Origin: the human T2T-CHM13v2.0 reference genome, Homo sapiens | NCBI RefSeq assembly: GCF_009914755.1 | Contig: NC_060935.1 | Strand: one strand, 5' to 3' | Length of the DNA stretch: 64,000 nt | Shown: positions 55,980 through 64,000 of the stretch, in pieces | Layout: each line of letters begins with the position of its first letter | Numbering within the stretch: position 1 is the stretch's first letter | Made by a program: the position numbers and the translations under genes | Notes under the pieces: generated by a model | The model's database searches: none | What the model saw: only the letters and a program-made list of their open reading frames with translations | Told to the model about the DNA's origin: nothing

Positions 55980-56367
55980 ACAATGAGAACACATGGACAC
56001 AGGGAGGGGAACATCACACACCAGGGCCTGTCAAGGGGTAGGAGGCTGGGTGAGGTATAGCATTAGGAGAAATAGCTAATGTAGATGACACGTTGATGGG
56101 TGCAGCGAACCACCGTGGCACATGTATACCTAAGTAACAAACCTGCAAATTCTGCACATGTACCCCAGAACTTAAAGTATAATTTAAAAAATGCTTTCAC
56201 TGGTATTAAAATGAGAAGTTGAGGGTGGATGAATTAGGTGTTTCTCACTTTCTGTCAAGAGAACCTAAAGGTTTATTTATATTTTATTTTTAATTTAATC
56301 TAATATTATTCAAAGCATTTCATAAACATAATTTAGAGAGTCAAATGATTCTTAAAATGAGAAATGA

Positions 56368-56722
<355 letters not shown>

Positions 56723-56739
56723 TACCCCAGTCTAATTGT

Positions 56740-58020
56740 TATACTCTGGAGGAAACCATTTCCAATCTTTTAGCTTTTTAATTTTCTTTTTACTTCTATA
56801 TTTCTAAAAAACATAATCACATTGCTGTTTTTGAATTTTGAATTTCATATCTTTAGATTCCTATCATATTCTCTTATATATGCCACCTACCCCAAACATT
56901 TTAGTTAAATTAATATTCACTGCTTATATTATTATGACATTGCTATTATTAGTTATAAATGATGCCTCCATTGTATATTGCTTTCCTTGGTCATCTTTTT
57001 ATTTTTTGTGGGTTGCTGAGTGATTCATTTTTCTTTTCCCTTGTATTCTTCAATTTAACTATTGTTATTAATTCTCAGAGTCTCACCAGAAATATAAATC
57101 TTTTTTCAAGGAGTTAAAACGTATCACATAGTATGTTGATTTTATTTATTTATTTTGGAGACATTGCTTTTGGGAGCCTTCATTTCCAACTTGGTCTTTT
57201 GCTTTTTGGCTTTCCCGTACTGTGTTCCAGAACTGCCCTTTTATCATCATTGTGAGGATTTCCTAAGTACCTCTTTCATCTGGATATCATGTTTCTTGGA
57301 TTTCATATCTTATTCATTTGGGTTTTATTCTCTTGATTTGGTGAGGGAACTTCTTACAGGAATATAAGAAATTTGTCTTTAGAGTAAAATTGCTTGAGAC
57401 TTAAATTTTTTTTTAACACTTGAATAATTGGTTGGCTGAGTATAGAATTCTGTGTTGGAAATCATTTCCCATCAGATATGTGCAGGCCTTGCTAAGTTAT
57501 TTAATTGTCTTCTAGCTTCCAGTGTTGCTGTTGCAGTGTCTGAAGAAATCTTGTAAATTTTTAATTTTGAAATAATTGTAGACCCACAGGAAATTGCAAA
57601 AATTGTAAAGAGTCCCTTGTATTCTTCCCTCATATTTCCTCAATGGAAACATTTGTACAATTATGCAATATTAAATGATGGTATTTTAATCATAACTTCT
57701 ATGCAAATGTCATTTTTTCTTTCTAAAAGTTTCAGAACATGAAAACTTCCTTCTCTAGGTATTCTGAAATTTTACAATGATGTATCTTGGTGTGAATTTT
57801 CCTTTCCCTTATTAAATCTGCTGAGCATTCGGTGGGTCTTCATTTCTCATAGTTCCCTCTCCTCCACTTCCATTGCTATCTGCTCTCTCTTTTTTCTTTC
57901 TTGAATTTTATTGCTCTTTAAAATAGTTCTATTAAATAGCCTTCTTGAAAAATAATCCATGTAATAATTTTTTTTCCTTCTGTGTTTTATTTCTTTACCT
58001 TTATAAGAGCTGTCTTCAAT
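56740..58020 (-). mobile_element. Ancient HAL1/L1M ORF1-like remnant with an embedded L1MC-type 3' end (~57555-57680)
   Basis: ttggctgagtatagaattctgtgttggaaatcatttccc; tctagcttccagtgttgctgttg; ttttgaaataattgtagacccacaggaaattgcaaaaat. Confidence 0.55.
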
Positions 58021-58025
58021 GAGTC

Positions 58026-58327
58026 TTTTTGATTTGTTTTAGAGACAGGGTATCATTTGCTCTATTGCCTGGGCTGGAGTGCACTGGTGCCATCATAGCT
58101 CACTGTAACCTGCAGTTCCTGGGCTCAAGCACTCCTCCTGTCTCAGCCAGAGTAGCTGGGACTATGGGTTGTGTGCCACCATGCCAAGCTAATTTTGTGT
58201 AGATGGAGTGGGGTCATACTATCTTGCCCAGGCTGGTCTTGAACTCCTGGCCTCAAGTGATCCTACTGCCTTGGTCTCTCAAAGTCCCAAAGTGCAGGAG
58301 TAGAGGCTGGAGCCACGGTGCCCGACT
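58026..58327 (-). mobile_element. AluJ element
   Basis: atcatagctcactgtaacc..cctgggctcaagc and ggcctcaagtgatcct are AluJ-type. Confidence 0.88.
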
Positions 58328-59159
58328 CCATTAGTCTTTTTGAATGTTATCCCTTTCTTTTAAGAGTACAATATCTCTTTTTAAAAAAAGTCTCTCAGGA
58401 TATTAATCATATTGCCTTTCAACATGATTTTACCTCCCTGCCTCTACTTTGCTTTCTCAGGGTTCCCTTTTTCATATTAGGGACTTTTCTCACACATAGG
58501 AGGAGGGGCCGGGAATTCCAGGCTTTACCGTTTTGTTTTTTTTTTTTTTTAAGAATGGAAATTCAGTGAGACCTATTATCATCTCCACCTGCCATTTCAC
58601 CTTCAGTGGCACCTAAGGCCTCATTCCTGACTGAACTCATACAGCCTCCGGGCTTGTTTCTTGGCTTCTCCCAGAAGCACTTATCTTTTTCTTATCTGAT
58701 CCACCTGCTTTCCAGGTTCTAAAACTATCATTTTCTTTGCTCTCATCTCTCACCAATCCCATTTCCTCGGTCCTTGTAAATTAATGCAGTAAACAAATTA
58801 CTTCCGTTTTGACAGGGCGTGGAAGTAAGCGTGTTCAAGCTATGTGATTTACCTGGGAATTTCTGTCATAATGTTTAATACCTAATTATTACAAGTATAT
58901 GGAAAGTGTTTTGATTTTGTGTATAATATTTTATAACCAATAACCTCATGAAATTCTCTAAAAATAATCATTTCCTAGGTAGATGATAATTTTTCTCTTT
59001 TATAAATTTCAAAAAATTTTTTCTTCATTCACTAGTGCATATAAAATTATTAAAAATTTTAGCTATTTTTTCTTGTCTCTATTGGTGAGTATTTTTAATT
59101 TATTTAAAAATAATTTTTGTTAATTTCTTTGATTTTTTTCTCACTAAATGATAATTTGG

Positions 59160-59530
59160 TGATATAGTTTGGCTGTGTCCCAGCCAAAATCTCATCTTGA
59201 ATTGTAATCCGCTTACTCTCTATAATCTCCACGTGTCAGGGGGTCAAGGGAGAGCCCAGGTGGAGGTAATTGAATCATGGGAGCAGCTTCCCCTGTGCTG
59301 TTCTTGGGATTAGTGAGTGAGTTCTCAAGAGATGTGATGGTTTTAAAAGTGTTTTGTAGTTCCTCCTGCAGCGTTGTGAAAAAGGTTCCTTGCTTTGACT
59401 TCTGCCGTGATTGTAAGTTTCCTGAGGTCTACCCAGCCATGCAGAACTGTGAGTCAGTTAAACCTCTTTCCCTTCAAAATAGTCCAGTCTCAGGCAGTTC
59501 TTTATAGCACTGTGAAAACAGACTAATATA
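59160..59530 (+). mobile_element. THE1D-like solo LTR (ERVL-MaLR)
   Basis: tgatatagtttggctgtgtcc...gactaatata; TSD tttgg/tttag. Confidence 0.9.
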
Positions 59531-59830
59531 TTTAGTTTTTCCTTTCTAAATCTGACATATATATTTTGTCTTACTCCATTGGCTATCACGTTCAGAAATA
59601 TTAAACTGTCAGCGCTCTTTTAGGATTCCTTAACTTAATGATATAGCCATTAATTTTTTCCACATACATATAGTTTGATTGTTTTTACATATATATCCTA
59701 TATTGTATTAATAAAATATTCTATCTTTCATTGAATCTTGCTTTTTCTAAAGTTATAAATGAATATTAACTTTTTTCTAATCCCATTTTGTGTTTATTTT
59801 ATTCACGTGTTCTTATTCAGTAAAAACTTA

Positions 59831-59893
59831 TTAGGTTGGTGCAAAAGTAATTGTGGCGGTGGCAAGAACTGCAACTACTTTGCACCAACAGAA
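59831..59893. mobile_element. MADE1 (Hsmar1-derived MITE), internally shortened
   Basis: ttaggttggtgcaaaagtaattg ... caactactttgcaccaac inverted repeats with TA flanks. Confidence 0.9.
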
Positions 59894-59976
59894 TACGTTC
59901 CTAATAGATTCCATTCTCCAGTAATATTTGTTTCTCTATTTCTTTTATAGTTAACCTTTCTAGATCACTTTGTTAA

Positions 59977-60325
<349 letters not shown>

Positions 60326-60417
60326 TATTGTGTGGATTTTTAAGATATTAGTAGGGAGCTTAAATTTTGTTAGTAAATTCTTAGCTTACTACCTTGGGCT
60401 TTGCATTGCTTTTCAGA

Positions 60418-60423
60418 AATAAA
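60418..60423 (+). promoter_or_regulatory. AATAAA polyadenylation signal, putatively used by the read-through L1 transcript
   Basis: 16 nt upstream of the A-tract that merges into the right TSD. Confidence 0.65.
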
Positions 60424-60440
60424 AGTTTAAAATTACCTTA

Positions 60441-60736
60441 AAAAATATTGAGGGCCTGCAGACTTTGTTTATGTGGGTTGCATCTATCAATGTTTACCAT
60501 ACAGAAAATTAAAACTTAGTGTAACAATGTCTATTTTTAAGTAAAAACATATTGCATGTTAACATACACAATATATTTGTTAATATGTTTTCCAAAAAAT
60601 TAACAAAAAGAGTGACTACGATTTTTACTTTTATGGAAAACACTTTAATATCTGGTTCATTGAAGACAGATGAATTCTTACAGGTACTTCCAGTTTCAAT
60701 CCATTGAATCATGCTGCATTAGTTGCAGTCTATGAA
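60441..60736 (+). mobile_element. Continuation of the MER20B-like hAT element
   Basis: aaaaatattgagggcc..tttgtttatgtgggttgcatctatcaatgtttacc..aaattaaaact continues the consensus broken at 50087. Confidence 0.7.
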
Positions 60737-61062
60737 TGAGACAGTCAGGTGGGAGGGGGTGCCTGGAGAAACTCCAACCTTCACTGAGGTGGAGCCTTGG
60801 GAAGTTAACAACTTTTGCAGCAGGGAGGAGCCTGGCCCTTTCTCTTCCTGTGTGGAATCTGGGATTTAAGCTGCCAGTGGGAAGTGCTTTAGCGGAGGGA
60901 CTCTGGCCTTTCAAGAATACTTGTGTCCCCCTTTTCTTCTTTTTCACCCAATAAAACCCAGCTTTACTCAAGCTATCCAGCCATCTGCAAGCCTAAAATT
61001 TTGTGGCCGTGGGATGGCCAAGGACCCTATCTTTAGCTGAAATAAGGGAAAGTCCTGCAACA
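60737..61062 (+). mobile_element. MER61A-like ERV1 5' LTR
   Basis: tgagacagtcaggtgggagggggtgcctggagaaactccaacc...aataaa...agtcctgcaaca. Confidence 0.8.
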
Positions 61063-61066
61063 TTTT

Positions 61067-61084
61067 TGGTGCCCAACATGGGGC
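61067..61084 (+). other. Retroviral primer-binding site, tRNA-Lys(CUU) type
   Basis: tggtgcccaacatggggc versus TGGCGCCCAACGTGGGGC; both mismatches are CpG-decay type; 4 nt after the LTR end. Confidence 0.8.
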
Positions 61085-63664
61085 TGGAGAAGCTGTTAGT
61101 AAAATGAGAACTCAAAACCTCTCACTGTTGCTTCTAAGCCTTTTCATCCTCGGACTTCTGAAGATGGGGGAAACCATTCCCCCAGCCCCCATCGCTCCTG
61201 CGCCTTTTCATGGCCTTTTCTTTCCCTTTTCAAGACCAACTTGTGAGCAGCAGCTCCCCTTCACCCCGCACTCCCTGCTGGGCTTGGATTCCTGACCTAA
61301 GGCACCTGGGGCTGCTGGCTGGTGCTTTCCCCTGTGAACCGCTAGAGCCTTCTCCTTCCGTGGCCAAGAGATTCAGCTCCATCAGACAGTAATTAAACTT
61401 TTCTCCCTGGTGGAGGAATGACTTGCATAAGAATAAGAGGTTTTTCCCCAGGCATTTTTAAACTTTTTTTTTCTTTCCTCTTCTTCACCCTGTCAACAGT
61501 TAACCTTTAAAGTTTTTCCCCTTTACTAAGCCAGGCCCCCCAACTATCACCGTTTATATGTTCTGTAAAGCTTTAATTGTAAAAAAGGATTTGCGGGGCT
61601 GGTCTTGGGTTGCGGCCAATCTGGTGTGGTTTGCATGTCTGTATGGTTTCTAACAAACTTCTAAGCCTCCATCTTGTTTTGCATCCTGGGAGCATGGCTT
61701 GTAACTCCCGGTGGGGTGGCAAGACTTGGTTTAGCAATCCTCCTTTACGGAATAAGTTTCTTTCTGTTTGATATCTGCATGTTCTCTTAGCCCTGTCGCT
61801 TAAAGGGCCCCACCCAGTGAATGGGTTTTCTTCTGCCTGTCTGTGTGTGTACTGTGTGTGATGTCTGTAAAATGAGTTCTAATTAATTTGGCCTAAAGAA
61901 AAGTGCTTGGATCAAGTATTTTCTTTAAGGAAAGATAAAAGCTGCAGTACCTTTCAGTTCACCTGACTTTAATCTTTGAGAAATAAAATAGCCTTAAAGA
62001 GTATTGGTAAAATGCAGATGTCACTAAAATGTAAATAGTGGGCTTAATTATGCAGGTCAGAGCCCAGGTTTTCTAAATGTTTTAAGGTTACAAACTCCTT
62101 TTTGGATTTTGAGAACTCTGACTTGCTGGCTTCACAAATAGTAAGGCCTGAAGACATAGGAAACTAGCCACACTCTTAAGAAGGCAAATCTTGGCTGCAG
62201 TTAGCACACAATTAAAGCAACTTACCAAGTTTTACCTTAAAGTTAAAAATTGCTAGGAGTTAATTGAATCTATGAGAAACAGATTTGCATGCAAGGTGTA
62301 TAAAAACAGTAAAATGTGTTTTTTAGTAAAAGGTTATAAGAAGGCATGGAAAATAAACTTTTACCTAGGGTTAAAGGATGGTTTTGAGTTAAATCAGGAA
62401 AAAGCTGAAGGTTCAAAGAAGTGGTGGAAGAATTGTGGGAATCTTGCAGAAGAGGTTCTCTGTGTGAACATATTGACTAAATTCAGAAAAGGGTATTATG
62501 TGGTTTTCTGGTAAATTGAGCGTTGAAATAAAAGCACAACAAGGTATTCTTAAAACTCTAATCTGCTCTTTGGCATAATTTATAAAGGGTTATAAAAGGT
62601 TTTTGCTTCTTTAAAATGTCTGAGTCGTCATTTTGGCAAAATAAATAATGTATGGTAATCTGGAATTATATATCATAATATCAAGTGATTCTCAAAATCA
62701 AACTTCAGTTTCAACATTGTCTTCCCTGGCATCTGGCTTTTCTAATACTTCAGAGGGCCCCTGAAGTGTTTAGAAAAGAGAGGTAAACAAGATTATTTGA
62801 CATGTTTAGGTACATGGGATTGCCAAAATGATGTTTCAATCTGCTTTAGGTTATATCTTGATGAATAATGCTGATATATGTTCCAAAATTGTGTGGGATT
62901 TCTAAAGCTCTAATCTCTGAATATATGCTATCAATCATAATTAAGGTTTTCGTTATGTTGTTGTAAACCATGGAGATGACCCAGCTTCTTTGTCAATTGT
63001 GTTTCTAACTGTAATTACCCTGGACATGTTGCTCTTATTTTAATTCTTTTCAAAACATGGTATGTAATAAGCTGTAGAACTTTAACAGGTACTCTGAAAT
63101 ACAGACTTCTGATAACTTTGGAGATTGTAACTTTTTAATAAATGAAAATGTACAGGACTAAAAAAAAGCTCAAATGTTCACAAATGTCAAGCAAAATAAG
63201 TTTAAATGGACTGAACTCAGAAAGCTGAAGCAATCTCTTTAAACTTTGCTTGTAATATTGCTTATCCTTGTTTTTTAGCATCAAAGAAACTTATTTTCAA
63301 CTATTTATGACCTTTAATAATTAAGCAAGTTATAATCCTGTAATCAAAATTTGGGGCATGTTTGTTTCTCTCTGCCTGGTTCCTCCAGAATTTAGAACCT
63401 ATCTGTGAGTATTCTTAATTTTATGGTAATATAGGTCTTTGCATCAGTGCAATAAGTATCCGTTTTTCTTTTGCAACAGGACACAATTGGGGAAAATGGT
63501 TATTTTACCAAGGCTTTGACTGGAAGGGTATGCTTCCCTTTGGGGAGTCAATCTCAACTTGCAGAACCAATAAAAAGCCAATGGGGAAACTGGCCTCATA
63601 CTCTCATCTACACAATCCCTGTACAGGGTTCCTGTCCTGTGGTCAGTAAATAATGTCACTTTCT

Positions 63665-63749
63665 GTCTTTCTTTTTTTTTTTTTTTTTCTGAGACAGAGT
63701 CTTACTCTGTTGCCCAGGCTGGAGTGCAGTGGTGCGATCTCCGCTCACT
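63665..63749 (-). mobile_element. Heavily 5'-truncated Alu (3' ~60 nt plus tail) inside the ERV
   Basis: TSD tcactttct (63656-63664 / 63745-63753), with tcact microhomology at the truncation point. Confidence 0.9.
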
Positions 63750-64000
63750 TTCTAACAGGTCTAGGAGCTCCAAGTTTATCTTGGGACCTTAAAAGGAGAG
63801 AATCACCCAACTCACAGGTGTTTGAGAATAGAAACCCATGGTTAGGCTCAGCTTTAAAGGGTCTTATCTGATATTCTTTATGGGACAAACTTCCATCAAA
63901 GCCAATCGAAAAGGCCTATGTAGAAATAGTTACTCTTGCTACATTTTATACCAATAACCAGGCCAAGTATAAGACTAAAGTCTGTTTTGCAAACAACTCA

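Larger units (their letters stand above)
50088..56191 (+). mobile_element. Full-length (~6.1 kb) inactive L1 (L1PA7-type 3'UTR, older-type 5'UTR)
   Basis: 5'UTR from 50088; ORF1 ATG ~51092; ORF2 ATG ~52178; RT fragment 53853-54449 ([15 protein letters not shown]); 3'UTR ending cttaaagtataatttaaaaaa. Confidence 0.97.
61063..64000 (+). mobile_element. MER61/MER4-group ERV1 internal region (non-coding, AT-rich), continues off the right edge
   Basis: Follows the LTR and PBS; MER4-int-like motifs (tggttattttaccaaggctttgactggaa; aaaaggcctatgtagaaa); no gag/pol ORF visible. Confidence 0.75.

Noticed and set aside
56186-56195. aaaaaatgct as the right TSD of the + strand L1
   Set aside because: Short and A-rich, and it omits the gagggcc bases directly before the L1. 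The 16-bp match at 60441-60456 with AATAAA and host-element continuity is much stronger.

Overview
AT-rich, repeat-dense primate genomic DNA; AluY/AluYe-like copies point to a catarrhine, probably hominoid, source. I can support no protein-coding gene or RNA gene. Every long ORF in the track is a fragment of decayed L1 ORF1/ORF2, an Alu/LTR read-through or a chance ORF. The window holds two full-length but dead L1PA7-type elements in opposite orientation (14627-20813 on -, 50088-56191 on +), several truncated L1s, about 18 Alus or Alu fragments, LTRs (MST, MLT1B, THE1D x2, MLT2A, MER50, LTR14B-like, LTR8-like, a MER61 provirus) and DNA-transposon MITEs (MER2B, MADE1, MER20B-like). Main structural signals: (1) the + strand full-length L1 appears to carry a ~4.25 kb 3' transduction, since its 16-bp TSD, a split hAT element, an AATAAA and an A-tract all sit at ~60418-60456 rather than at the L1 end; (2) the two inverted full-length L1s share the same complex, stop-codon-creating +18 bp fold-back insertion despite different 5'UTR types, suggesting ectopic gene conversion across ~39 kb; (3) a probable second, ~200 bp transduction; (4) a twin-primed L1MA with intact TSDs hosting an AluJ that in turn hosts an MLT2A LTR. 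Subfamily names come from recalled consensus sequences, not a database search, and coordinates were read by eye.
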